A stretch of DNA of 64,000 nucleotides from Lepidodermella squamata. Lineage: Eukaryota > Animalia > Gastrotricha. The notes beneath the pieces are model-generated. The model was not told the origin of the DNA and did no database searches. It was given only the letters and a program-made list of their open reading frames with translations. Within the stretch, counting starts at the first letter, position 1. Each line of letters opens with the position of its first letter. Shown piece after piece: positions 39,389 through 51,907 of the stretch. The position numbers and the translations under genes were made by a program. The stretch lies in NCBI GenBank assembly GCA_047495785.1, contig JBLDXI010000020.1:3038001-3102000 (forward strand), read 5' to 3'.

Positions 39389-40042
39389 TCAGTAGTGTGG
39401 GGCGATTGCAGCTCCTTGCCCTTCCCATCTGGCTGCGTTTTGGGGGTCAAGATAAATGTTAGGTACATCAATTCGATTTTGATGAGCCATCATTGGCGGA
39501 GGCATTCCGTGATATGACATAACCGGTGTCAACGACGCAAGTTTTTTCCTCTGATAGTATCGGTAGGCCCCATAGCACAGGAAACAACCAATAACAGCGA
39601 AGAAGATGAGCGCGATAATCCCGACCTCAGCACCCGTCAGTTGCAGACTTACTTCAGTCGACAAAGCTTGAGACCCGCAAGCCGAATCAACGGGTATGAC
39701 AATGACGGTATAGACTTGCAGGTTCCCGACAAAGTTGTAGGTGTTTTGCGTAACAGTTGCATTTTCGACGTCCATGTTCGAGCTTGATTTCGCACAGCGG
39801 TAACATTTTCTCCCACATTTGACTCTCTTAGCACATGATTCGTGGGAGATGGATATTAGAGTCAAGGAATTCCCGCCGTCCCAGTTGCAAGACAACCGAC
39901 GTTCTGAGCTGAAAATACCGCTAATTTGCTCGCAATTCAGGTAAGTAAAGCTTGAGCAGTCGCTTGAAGGAATTATTGTTGATATATTTTGACCATAAGC
40001 CACTTGGATGAAAGATAAAATTAAAACTAGTCTGCAGCACAT
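39389..40042 (-). CDS. Array member A: Cys-rich type-I membrane protein (intronless)
   Basis: Signal peptide, IFS-x-x-R-x-L-x-C-x-W, ISHE-x-C-x-K-x-x-x-CG-x-x-C-x-x-C, LTGAEVGII TM, Pro/Tyr tail. Confidence 0.85.
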   Translation of the reverse strand: MCCRLVLILSFIQVAYGQNISTIIPSSDCSSFTYLNCEQISGIFSSERRLSCNWDGGNSLTLISISHESCAKRVKCGRKCYRCAKSSSNMDVENATVTQNTYNFVGNLQVYTVIVIPVDSACGSQALSTEVSLQLTGAEVGIIALIFFAVIGCFLCYGAYRYYQRKKLASLTPVMSYHGMPPPMMAHQNRIDVPNIYLDPQNAARWEGQGAAIAPHY

Positions 40043-40247
40043 TCAAAACATCTTTTACTGAACTTTGGAGCTGAATGTTGATGGAAATTGTTTTTATTAT
40101 TTTTTAGAATCGCCAGGATACGGCAAAAGCTGATAAAGAATTCATGCACACGAGCAGCACTAATGGCTCTAAGATCAATAATAAGAGTATTCCGGGTATT
40201 TTTTGACAGTGCCAACGGAGTCGAAGAAGATACCAACGTTACAACCT

Positions 40248-40978
40248 TTAATGGGGATAGTAATTAGGATTGACTTGAGGACCAGCACCATAATTAGGCG
40301 GAGGAGGGTAGGATTGCATCAGTGGAGGAGCAGGGTTGTAAACAGTACTGTACGTAGCAGTTTTGTAGCGACCAGCAAAGCAGCACCAGCCGTGGCGTAG
40401 AGCACAACAGAGGGAGATGCCAATACAGCTGCCGAGCACAACCGCCACGATCGTAACAATAATCGCGACTTCAGCCGGGGTAAGGTCAGCACTTGCAATG
40501 GTTTGCATCATTTGGGCGGGCTCATTGGGGCACTTGTTATTGCGGCGGTAGAGGTAAACCTGGTCATTACACATGCTACACAACAAATTTTATAATTTAA
40601 TAATCAACGAACCGAGTAACTTTCCAATGGACCGCTGAATTCGAAATATTGGCCAGTGGAGATAGTCCGGTTTCGAATATCAGTCACAGTTTCATACAAC
40701 ACGCATTTCTTGCAGTTCTTGCCACAATTCACTTGCTTGACACATTTATCATGTGTTACCGTAAATGTGTAGTTCACATGAGACGAGTTAGAGTCGAAGT
40801 CTTCCTCTCTCCAGCTACAGCCGATGACTCGATCAACGCTGAAAATCGCGTTCGAACCAGATTTGCATTGGAAATCGCTGAATGTTGCTGAGTAACATTG
40901 AGCGGTCGTAGTGGTGTTAGCGGCTTCTATAGCCGCTAGCATCCCGAAAAATAAAGCCAGTAACATGAATTGAGTCAT
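40248..40978 (-). CDS. Array member B (exons 40613-40978, 40248-40559)
   Basis: Same Cys pattern. LTPAEVAII TM, then CC..CC cluster and a PPNY (PPxY) motif. Confidence 0.85.
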
Positions 40979-41485
40979 GTTCGAAAGCAAATGTATGGTC
41001 CTTCGCAGGGGGTTTACGAAAATTCTAATTTTCAATATCCAGCATGCGGGAGAGGATTCGAAATCAAACCAAGAAATTAAGAAATACGTTTAACTAGGAT
41101 TATTACCTGTTTTCTGTCGCGACTCTGGTATAAATGATCCGGCACCAGCTTATCGTATTAGGAATACGGAAGCGCGGGTAGGCCAGCTGTTTAACCATAG
41201 TTTACGCCGAGAAAATCGATGCATGTTAGTTCTGCCATCTTTATGCTGTTTTTTCATTTTTTGCACCGATCCATGCTTTAATTCTATGCTAAACTGTTAT
41301 TTGCTCAGCAATGCGTGGGATGATGACTGATATCTAGCCTTACAACAATAGATGAATGGACTCGTCAAAACAAATGAGTGAAATTGACAACTTCAGCCTG
41401 CACACAAAAAACTAAGGCTTGTTTATTGGTCAGATTCTCTTAAAAATAATCACAAGTTCAATATTGCGCCAAATGAGTCATTCAT

Positions 41486-42308
41486 TCAGTGAGCAGTAAA
41501 CTGTTCATAGGGTCTACCTTGTTGATGTGACGCCGGTTGGTAAGCCGCATTATTATTGCTCCAGCCAATAGTTTGCTGCTGAACCTGCGGTGGAGGGTTG
41601 ACGTAGTAAGGTGCCGTCGAGTTGGGTTGAGGCGGCGGCGGCACATAAATTTGAGCCATGGGTTGCCCGCCGATTGATGAAAAGACGGGTTGAGGCGGTG
41701 GCCTATTCCGGCCACAGCAAATACAAGCGATGGTTATTCCGCCAATAATTAAAATTATGACAATTATGATGGCCGCGATTACCCCTCCCTCGGCAGCAGT
41801 GAGTCCAGCATCAACCGAGGTCGAAAGGGATTGTGTGAAATTCTCGCAAGTACGTGTAATAGTGATCTGAAGAGAGAGAATAATGAAAGTTTTCGGAAAT
41901 AACTCAAAATAATTATTTTACAAAATATATTTCTGCTGATCCGATGTATTTGAAATAAGTTTGATTGGTTACGGTGTTTGTCACATCGTTTGCGTTTGCG
42001 TACTCGACGCATTTATCGCAATTTCTCCCGCATGAGATTCGCCGCTTACACTCTTGATGAGAAATCGAGATGAGGTACTGCAGCTGCTTCGGCGGAGGGC
42101 TTGTATCAGTCCATCTGCATTCGACCTTCCGTGGGACACTGAAAATTGGGTTATCTGAGTCACACGAAGCTGCTCCGAAGTTGGTAGAGTACGAACATAT
42201 CGCCGGACGAGATGGCACTGTTGTTGTATTAGCAATGATAGTACGATTATCTGCGGCCCAGTTCATCTCGATAGCCAAGCTGAATAGAATAGTCAGAGAT
42301 CTCAGCAT
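41486..42308 (-). CDS. Array member C (exons 41922-42308, 41486-41866)
   Basis: Exon 2 translated by hand: ITITRTCENF...LTAAEGGVIAAIIIV...CICC, then a Pro/Gln/Tyr-rich tail. This frame is missing from the ORF track. Confidence 0.85.
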
Positions 42309-42676
42309 TCTTCGGGCGTTGCACAGGGAGGATGGAAATTTTTTGATTTGCAGCAGCTATAGACCAAACTATATTCTTTGATGCTAAGCTTGATGTGGCT
42401 ACGTTGGAAAACTGGCAACGAGCCCATTCATTATTCATGAGTTAAACTTCACCGCATCATGCGAGTTTCGATATTTTCCGCTGTGTACTGCGCTGCGAAA
42501 TCGATTGTAATTTTTCCTCTACACACGTACCCCTACCTGCCTCGATATCGATTATTCTCAGCTTATTGTGCTACTTTTTCCCACATTACGAGAGTGCAGA
42601 AATTCAAAACTGCCCATGGAAGATATTTATTAAAAATCAGGTTTGTAATACAAAAATATTACTACAATTCAGTCTT

Positions 42677-43433
42677 TCATTTCTTCGAAATCGTATTATC
42701 AGTAGGTGAGACAGAGTTTTGCGTAACAGCCGCTTGCTGATTTTCGGGTGTTGCCATAACCCCAAACTGAAACGCAGGATTGTAAGCTCCATCGTAAATC
42801 TTCTGTTGCTCGATTGGGATCATTGGAAAAGTTTTCTTTGGGGCGAAGCAGCAGACTTTCTTGGAGCCACAGATAATTACAGGCGTGATTACGAGGATAA
42901 GAAACACGGCAATTATTGCTCCAATTATTCCCCATTCAGTGGGTGTCAACCGAGCGTTGACTTCGTACGTTGCCGATGACACAAAATTATCGCATACTCT
43001 AAGAACAGTTACCTAGAAAGTCACGGGATAGCCATACTTTAGCAGATATTTCATAATTTCCCAAAAAGCTCACCTGATAAACTTTCGCTGAACCACCGTA
43101 TTTGAAATAATTGCCCTGAATCGTCTCGTTCAGGACATCGTAAGTAGTGTTGGAAGCTACGCACTGGACGCAGTTTTTCCCGCAGCCACGTTGCTTTGTG
43201 CACACCTGGTGCGAAACTGATATTTTGTAGGTAAGATTTGGGCTCTTATCGCCATCATCAGTCCAGCTACATTCCACACTCCTTGTAATACTAAAAATCG
43301 GATTTTCGGATTTGCAAGAAAGACCTCCATCAGCATCAAAAGCTGAAGATAAGCTGCAATCTTGGCCGTGAATCGTTACAAGCCCAGCCCCGAAAAGTAG
43401 CAGTGCAACACTTTCCAGTAAAAATAGTTGCAT
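42677..43433 (-). CDS. Array member D (exons 43074-43433, 42677-43012)
   Basis: CKSENPIFS..VECSW..CGKNCVQC; exon 2 VTVLRVCDNF..LTPTEWGII. Confidence 0.87.
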
Positions 43434-44463
43434 AATTTGAAGGCAGATGTTCTAAAGAATTGCAATAGCACAAATATACGCTTTTGTAGCGCTGAGGTTT
43501 TGCCTTGGAGCTATTTGAGCGCTTTGTGGAAACCTTTTCGTTCCCAGAAGAACGAACTGAGTGTTCGCTCGAAATCCCTCGCTAGAAAACGAAGAGTTTT
43601 CAGGCGCGATTGAGACGAGAGAGAACGCGTTGAAAAACTGCGAAGTGGTTAGATGGAAGCGTTATCTTCATCTTACTAAAGTTACTAAATTCTACAGAAT
43701 TTGCACAGATAAACTTAAAGATATTAGCAGCAAGCCATACCTGCGCTAAGGATCCTCGCATATCAGGGCTATAGCTGGCAATTATTTTCGTGTGGTGTTT
43801 AAAGCATAGCAATTTTCATTCAACAAATCTTTGGCTGGTAATGAACGAAATTCTATACAACTTTTCTATTGAGTATTATTTCACTGTTGAATACCTAGAA
43901 CCTTCTATACCAAATGTACAAAAAATCATTAATGAACGACCCTAGCGGAAATTTCATAGCTACAGCGGTTCATTAAGACTGTTTTCAAGGCTCATCACTC
44001 CGAACAGCCACAATGCATCATACAGGATAGCCTTAGGCCTTAGTAGCCCATCATTATGGAGAATTATGGCCCAGTAAGAAGTAATTATGACACAGATAAA
44101 AAGAAAATCATAATGCATAAGGAAATCATAAGGAACGCACCTTTCAGCAAGTAAAGCCTCTAATTTGACTTGAAGTTTTGTTTCTGATATATTTCAAAGG
44201 TGGGGACATATCCGGGGACATATCCGATATCCGGGACCTTTGGGACAATCCGAGCCCCAGGACACTCCTAGGCATCTCCAACAGCCGGCATATGGGTCAA
44301 CAGGCTATGACGAAATGATCACTTTATCGAACAAATCTATGCATCTGGGTAATTCGATGAAAATATATTTTTCACACGTCATGCAAGTGCGGAATTTGAA
44401 AACTGCTCCTTGGAGATATTTATTAAAAATCACGATTACGATAAACGATTAGCCTTCTGTCTT

Positions 44464-45184
44464 TCATTCCTTCGGCATTGTTTTTTCAACGGGCGAGACA
44501 GAGTTTTGCGAAACAACCGCTTGCTGATTGGCTGGTGGTGTTATAACCGTGAACTCATTCGCAGGTTGTTGCTGCGTTTCAGGATTCCTCGTCCCGAAGC
44601 CGCATGCTCCGATGCAGAAGCAAACGATTATAGGAATGATGATGATCAGAATGAACACAATAACAAGTGCCGCGATAAGAACTCCTTCACCGGCTGTCAA
44701 CCCAGCATCGGCTTCGTCCGTTGCTAATGTCGTAAAATTATCGCATACTCTAAGAAGGTATACCTAAAAAATCACGGGATAGCCATATATTTGAACAAAA
44801 TTATCCACAGATAAAGCTCACCTGATATTTTTGAGCTGAACCATCATCGTATTTGTAGTAATTGCCTTGAATTGTCTGGTTCGCGACATCGTAAGTAGTG
44901 TCAGAAGATACGCACTGGCGGCAATATTTTCCACAGGAAACTTGCGTTGTGCACACCTCATGCGAGACTGATATCTTGTAAATAATTTTCGGGTTCTTCG
45001 CGGCATCGTCTGTCCAGTTGCATTCCACCTTCCTTTTAATACTAAAAACAGTGTTTTCGGATTTGCAAGAAATTCGTCCATCAACACCAAAGGCTGATGG
45101 TGAGCTGCAATCTTGGCCGTGAATCGATGGAAGGCCAGCTCCGAAAAGCAGGAGGGCAAGATATTCCCACATAAATAGTTGCAT
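44464..45184 (-). CDS. Array member E (exons 44822-45184, 44464-44763)
   Basis: CKSENTVFS..VECNW..CGKYCRQC; exon 2 VYLLRVCDNF..LTAGEGVL. Confidence 0.87.
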
Positions 45185-47470
45185 AATTAAAAGGCAGATT
45201 TTCTTAACAATTTCATAAGGAAACATAATTTTTATGGGGCCGAAGCTGGAAACTTGTTTATTTCCAGTTATTAAATTGAATTCAAACATTTTTTACGGGT
45301 TGGCAAGCCAAATAGCTTGTTACCTATTTCATTTTCTATCTGCTCGAGGGACGTGTTCAGTTTCGCCAAATTACATTGTAATTTTCCAACGAGTGGCGAG
45401 CACATATTATAAGAATATGTGTTCATTTCAGCTGGTGACTGAAGATAGGACTGAAGCTGCCCTCTTCTGGGCGTTAAAGCTTATAAATAAATAAATAAAT
45501 AAATAAATAGGAGGATGGATGTAAGCCGCCCACCAACATATTAAAATCGCTCAACAATATACAATATACAAGAATTAAAAGTCCTTTTACGAAGAGAAAA
45601 CAAAGAATTCTCTGGTGCGATTGAAAAGAGAGAGAAAGCGTTGAAACGCTGCGAAATGGTTGGATGGAAGCATTATTCTTTCCTTATCTTGATTCCTAAA
45701 TTCTACGAAATTTGTCTACGGTAGTTAACGTAAAGCTACCACCAGCAAGCTAAACTACCGCTAAGGAACTTCGTAAACCAGGCTTAGCTGGAAATGAAAC
45801 GATTACTTTCGCGTAGTGTTGAAAGCAAACAGCAATTTTCATTAAACACATTTTAGGTGGGATAAATAGTGAATAAAGTTCTATACATACATATATAGAG
45901 GTGCGCACAAACAGTCCTTTCATTGTGTTTAACGCACAACGTTGCACGGCATTATATCTTATTACTATAGGTTATTTTTGAGCGTTAACAAACTCAGGTT
46001 TTTCAATTGTATTAAACCAATATTTTAAACAGATTTTTGGCAGGGACAAACAACTTTAAAATAAATAGTAATAAGAAGAAAAAATGTCACGGCGCTGAAT
46101 CACTGCTTTCTTACCTACTAAAAATAATTTCCAAGCCTGCAAGTGAATACCTCTTATATTTCCTTGAATACGTTTGGACTCTATATATGTGGGACATTCT
46201 ATGCGTATAATGCAAAAAAGCATCAACAGATTCATTTGAGCAAAAACATGTTCATACATATTAGAAAGTTTGCTTTCAACACCACGCGAAAAAGCGTGTC
46301 ATGTGGCGTATAATATGTGAAAAGACACAGGCCTGGGCCGATTTTTTGCCTGAGCCTCGAAACACGAATATTCAAGAATTGAGCCCGCGTCCACATGTAC
46401 GTCACATGACTATAAGGTATACCGCGCGATGAGAAAGCACTAATGCCGTAGCTCCAGGAGTGTGCATAAACATGGTCATTTCAATGTACTTAGAGCAAAA
46501 ATAACGTTGCATGGCATTATTTTTATTATTACCATGATGTCATTTTTAAGTGTTCGCAAACTCAAATGTTTTTGTATTTTTTGTTCACCAATGTTTTAAG
46601 GAGATGTTTGGTGGAAACAAGAAAATCTAGGCAGGTTAACAGCAGGTATCGAACCCAAATCGCCATGAATGTGGGGGCAGCTTATTTATGAATAATCCAC
46701 GATCGCACATTCGTTTTCAGAAATATTGCGGCATCGTCCTGAAGGCTGTCTACGACGCGAAGCGAGTAGACGGGGCTGTAAAATAGGGTTGCCTAGTCGA
46801 CTCTCTGCCGACTCGCTATATTTGGAAGTTGGAGTTTTGCATGATACTTGAAGCAAAAAACTTAATCGCGTCTTCTTCGACTTGTCTCTAGCCTAAGCAA
46901 ATATTTATTCGACGAGATGTGCGCACGGATTAATCTTTGACGCCTTCGTTGAACAGCGCATAGTAATGCCAAAATTGCGTCTAATGGTAAAGATCCAAAA
47001 ATAGGGCAGCATGCAGAAATAGGTACATGCTGAATTTTTGTATTCGAGGTAAATGAGATGACAGTAGGCCAAAAATCAGCTGGTTTCACCGCCACAGCGA
47101 AAAGTTTTGACTTTCAGATTTTTCTTGAGAAGCAATTTTGCCGTCACAATGCAGGAATTTATTATGAAGAAGACTGGTTACAACTGATAAGGATTCAAAT
47201 CCAATTTTTGAGTGCCTCTTAGGCAATTGTTAAATTTCATCAAAGGTATTCGGTCCATTCAAATGGCGCTTGAAATTCATTTCTTCTCTGTTAACTCACC
47301 GTCCGGGGTCTAGTTCGACTGCTCATGGTGGACGGCTGACTTCATTAGTGTAATCAGCTTTTGCTCTTATTCACACGTCATGCCATTGCGAAATTTGAAA
47401 ACTGAGATATTTATTGAGATATTTATTGAAAATTACTAATACAATATAAATTCAAGTACCATCCAGTCTC

Positions 47471-48216
47471 TCATTTCTTCGAAATCGTATTATCAGTGGG
47501 CGAGACAGAGTTTAGCGGAACGGCCGCTTGCTGATTGGCTGCTGTTGCCATTACCGCGAACTGATTTGCAGGATTGAAAACTCCACGGTACATCTGTTGT
47601 TGCTCGAATGGGATCACTGGAAAGGTTTTCTTCGGGGCGAAGCAGCAGCTTTTCTTACAGCAGCATATGATTGTAGGAGTGAGCATGAGGAGAACGAACG
47701 CAACAATTATTGCTCCGATTATGCCTCCTTCAGCGGCTGTCACACCAGCGTTAACTTCCACCGTTGCTGATGATGTAAAATTTTCGCATACTCTAAGAAC
47801 AGTAACCTACAAGACCCTTTTCCAAGAATGATTATTTCGCAATGGAAACCCACCTGATATACTTGCGCTGATCCATCGTATTTGTAATAATTGCCTTGAA
47901 TTGTCTCGTTGAGGACATCGTAAGCAGAACTAGAAGATGCGCATTTCCAGCAGTTTTTACCGCAGGTGAGTTTCTTGGAACACACCTGGTGCGAGACTGA
48001 TACCTTGTATACAACTTTCGGACTCTTCAGTGCATCGTCGGTCCAGCTACATTCCACCTTTCTTGAGATACTGAAAATAGGGTTTTCGGATTTGCAAGAA
48101 AGACCTCCGCCAGCATCAAAGGATGAGGATGTGCTGCATTCTTGGCCTTGATTTGTTGTAACGCAAAGGCCAAGAACTATTAGCAGTGCGAGGTTTCCCA
48201 ATAGAAATATGTGCAT
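47471..48216 (-). CDS. Array member F (exons 47854-48216, 47471-47806)
   Basis: CKSENPIFS..VECSW..CGKNCWKC; VTAAEGGII TM; CCCKKSCC cluster. Confidence 0.87.
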
Positions 48217-48661
48217 AATTAAAAGGAAAATTCTTTCAAGAAGTGTAACAGAACATCAGCGCAAATTTTGGGGTGCTGAATGTGAAACTTGAGTCCAATA
48301 AGCGATTCTGAGCAAACTTTCACTCTTCCAGGAATTGAAAAATTAAATTGAATGTAAACCTTCTTTTTAACGATATTCGAGCTTGAAATTGCCTTGGAAT
48401 ATCGCGAATCAATACTTCGCCACTTCGAAACTCTGCACGTGGCTACAAATTAGAATACTATTTTTGCGCAGTGTCGAAAGCAAAACATAAATTTTTGGCT
48501 GGAATCAATAATGTAAAAAATAGATATCCTTTCCATCATCTTAAAAACCTTCCATGAACACTTGAGAGTTTACTATACAGATTACAAAAATAAAGATTGA
48601 AATATGTTGTTTAAGATTAATGTAGTAGTGTAATATAAAATCCACAAATATCGCTTGTAAT

Positions 48662-49397
48662 TCATTTCTTCTCCGTTTCCTCAGCAGGTGAGACCGAGTT
48701 CGACCGCTGAGGGTGGACGGCTGATGTCATAGCCATGTACTGCGGGGCTGGGTTGAAAACGCCGTGATACATCTGCTGCTGCCCGAATGGAATCATTGGA
48801 AACGGCTTCCTTGGTCTGAAGCAGCATGTCTTTGTGCAACAGCAGAGCAGAATAGATCCTAGAATTAGCAATATGAAGCCGCCGAAAATGCCTCCGATAA
48901 TGCCTCCTTCGACTGACGTCAGCCCTGCATCCACCTCTGCTGTTATCACTTGTGTGATATTTCCGCAGATACGATTTACTGTAACCTAAAAGTTGGAGAT
49001 AAATATAATCCCTTCGGATTTAATTGGAGCAAATGGTTACTTGGTATAACGCTGACGACCCAACATACTTGTAGTAGCTTCCAGTCACGGTTTCATTGGC
49101 GACGTCGTAAGCGTTGGCAAACAGTGTGCATTTCGAACATTTTCGTCCGCAGGATGTTCTTTTCTGGCACTCTTGATGCGTGATTGAGATCGTGTAGGAG
49201 ACCGCTGAGTTTTTAACTGCGTCAGCCATCCAACTACATTCCACTTGCCTCTGGGTACTGAAAATAGGATTCTCTGATTTGCATGTGAGCCCGGCGTCGT
49301 CAAATGCCGAAGAATAGTAACATATGTCAGATGCTACTACTGCAAAGCTCACCGCGAAAACGAATAGCGCAAAAACCTTGCAGGGTGGCGATTCCAT
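48662..49397 (-). CDS. Array member G (exons 49041-49397, 48662-48985)
   Basis: CKSENPIFS..VECSW..CGRKCSKC; LTSVEGGII TM; CCCTKTCC cluster. Confidence 0.87.
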
Positions 49398-50049
49398 GAT
49401 TCAGCCCGAATCAGTCCCGAATTTTCGGAGCTCAGGTGGGCTCGGCGTTGAAAATTTGACGAATGATTCAATTTAATAAACTTGACGTTTGCGATCTCGA
49501 TCTACCACCAGTAATTTCCGTGGTAGGAAATCAAAAGTAAGCGGAACTGAATGAACCCTGGTCTCTGTTATGAGCTGTTTGGAATTGACTGAATTTATTG
49601 AATATTTGCGATGTTGGGAACTTATCGTGACTTGGCTCACTCTTCAAACTTCCACATTTTTCTGAAATATCGTAGGCAATGCATGAAAAAGCTCAAAAAA
49701 CGCGGATTATCAGAAACGAGTCTCCAGCAGTCGGTCGTTTTAGTCATGAAACCTAAAGTAAGTCTCATGGTTTTAGCGCTTTCTGTAATAATCAAATAGG
49801 TGTTAAAAAAAATGAGCAAGGGGATTCTCTTTTACATTCAGCCTCTCTTAATCAAAGAAAAATAAAAAATCTGACGATGTGCCTTAGCAGTTAGCTTGAA
49901 AATCAACTTGAAAATCTATGAAAACGCGGTAATTTTAGTATAAATAGGTATATGCGAACAATAAAATTGTGCTCAGAAACAGCTCACGTGCCATCTTTTG
50001 ATTTTCTTCATAATTCGAAGACCCAAATTTCACGGGCGAATCTTGGAAA

Positions 50050-50370
50050 ACCTCAGTAAGCTGCGTCGACGATAAAGGTGAACCCATACCACCGGGGCCA
50101 GTCTACGACCTTTGTAGGTGGATTGCGCCTAAGGAATGGAAGAGACCGGTGGGGAAACCTCGAACTAGATGGCTAGATGCGGTTGAAAGAAGTTTAAAGT
50201 AGGACTTACAACAGAAAATATGATAAGAAAAAAACCGACGGGTCCCGTGGCAGACCTCGTAAAGATGGTAGCAGTGTAACCGAAATTTCAGAAAAAACTG
50301 TTGACTGGACATTTACCGAAACAACGGCATTAGATCGAGTTGAATGGCGGAAAATAGTCGAGTCTCTGGA
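50050..50370 (+). mobile_element. Degenerate 3' fragment of an RTE-type LINE
   Basis: Peptides WKRPVGKPRTRWLDAVERSL and ALDRVEWRKIV resemble the RTE C-terminal GRP..RW.D and DR..WR motifs. They are separated by an interruption of ~100 nt. Confidence 0.6.
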
Positions 50371-51120
50371 AGATTTTGAATTCTATAATAAAAGTAAGAT
50401 TTGATTTTCTCGGCTGTGGGGGCGGGTGACTAAATTTTTTGGTTTGCCTTACCTTCGCCTTCCTCAAAACCCGCCGAAAGGGTACAGACGTCTAGTCGCG
50501 GGGAAGAGAAACAAATAATTCATTTTCATAAATCATTTTCATTTGCAGAAAAATTATAAATCACTTTGCCCATGTTTTCCAATCTTTATCTTATTTTAAC
50601 CGCCGAATAACAGGTCTTGTCCAAAGTCACTCATCGCCAAGGTAAGTCCCATTCAAAGGTGAGCAGCAACCAAATACCATAGTCGTATGATGATATCATC
50701 ATACATTCACCATTTCTATATTTCTGAACACTCGGAATGCATTTCTGGCGTGGAACAATGTTTGCTCTCATAAGAGCTGTGTACTCAGCGTTTGTTTGAA
50801 GCATTTTTCTGTAAGGGATTATTCATTCTCAAGAGTTCCGTCTGATTGCAGCAGCAGAGATCATCAGCATTTCCGGCAAAATTCGGGGCGAAGAAAAAAA
50901 CTCGGGCTATTCCGTTGTTACATTAGTTTACTGTTATCACAATTACAACACAAAAAATGCATACTGCACAAAAATGAGAGTGAGATCAATTGTTTAGCCT
51001 GCTATGTTTTCCTTATATGCTAATAGCAGCAGCTATTTGTTATAATTATTGAATGTATAATATGTAATTTCAAACGTGAATATGCGTGGGTTCAAGTCTT
51101 TCAATTTCTATTCCTTCTAA

Positions 51121-51907
51121 TCAGACCGCAGTATGGCAAAGCGGGCAATGAACGCAACGGCGAATATCTTGTTCGTAAGCTCGGTGTTTGCAGGTGCCGC
51201 AGACCCAGAACTGGAAATGGTACAGCGGGCGGCCGGAGACAACGCAAACGGGGAATTTTGCGAAACAGCTCGGGCAGCTCGTTGACCAGTCCGGAATTTG
51301 AGCGTCGCAGCTCGGGCAAGCTGCCATAGTAGCTCGCGTGTCTTTCGGCGGGCGACGGACGAAAATTTCAACGGCTAATTCTTCGATTTGTTGCTTATTT
51401 GCCGTAGGCAGCTGGTCGGGGCCGAGAGACTCGAGCCGCAAAAATGCTGCAGAGCAACTGCCATAATTTCGGCTAGCTGCAGCACACAATGCTAAAAAAA
51501 ATAGGCATTAAAATATTTCAATTTCTTTTTGAATTAGCAATTAATTAAAATGTTTGTCAACTAGAAATATTTAAATTTTAAATTTTAATTTTAAAATAAG
51601 AAAATATTATAATTTTTCCATTTTCGACAGAAAATTCCAGTAAAATCAATTCTAGACGCTAGGGCTGCTTACCAACTAGGCTGTAGAGTCTGAATGATCC
51701 AATGAAGTCTTCGTAGTCTCGAAGCAACAAAGCTGTTCGGTGGGCCGCATCGTAATCGCCTTTGTAAAGGTGCCGATGGGCTAAAATCATGAAATGATAC
51801 GCTTCAGCGCCTCGCCACGCGTTATCGATTAACCGCGCATCACCGCCGACTCCGGAAGCCGCCACAGCTGCATCCTCAGCCAATAAACCAGCCAGCGACA
51901 GCGTGGG
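51121..51907 (-). CDS. WDR35: Last two exons of WDR35/IFT121 (51673-51907, 51121-51491); upstream exons not in window
   Basis: LAGLLAED...DNAWRGAEAYHF, YGSCSAAFLRLE and C-terminal zinc fingers FPVCVVSGRPL...CPLCH. Confidence 0.93.

Noticed and set aside
45484-45508. (TAAA)n run, plus (ATT)n at ~10549, (TGA)n at ~28766 and GGGGACATATCC x2 at ~44202
   Set aside because: Ordinary microsatellites or slippage products.
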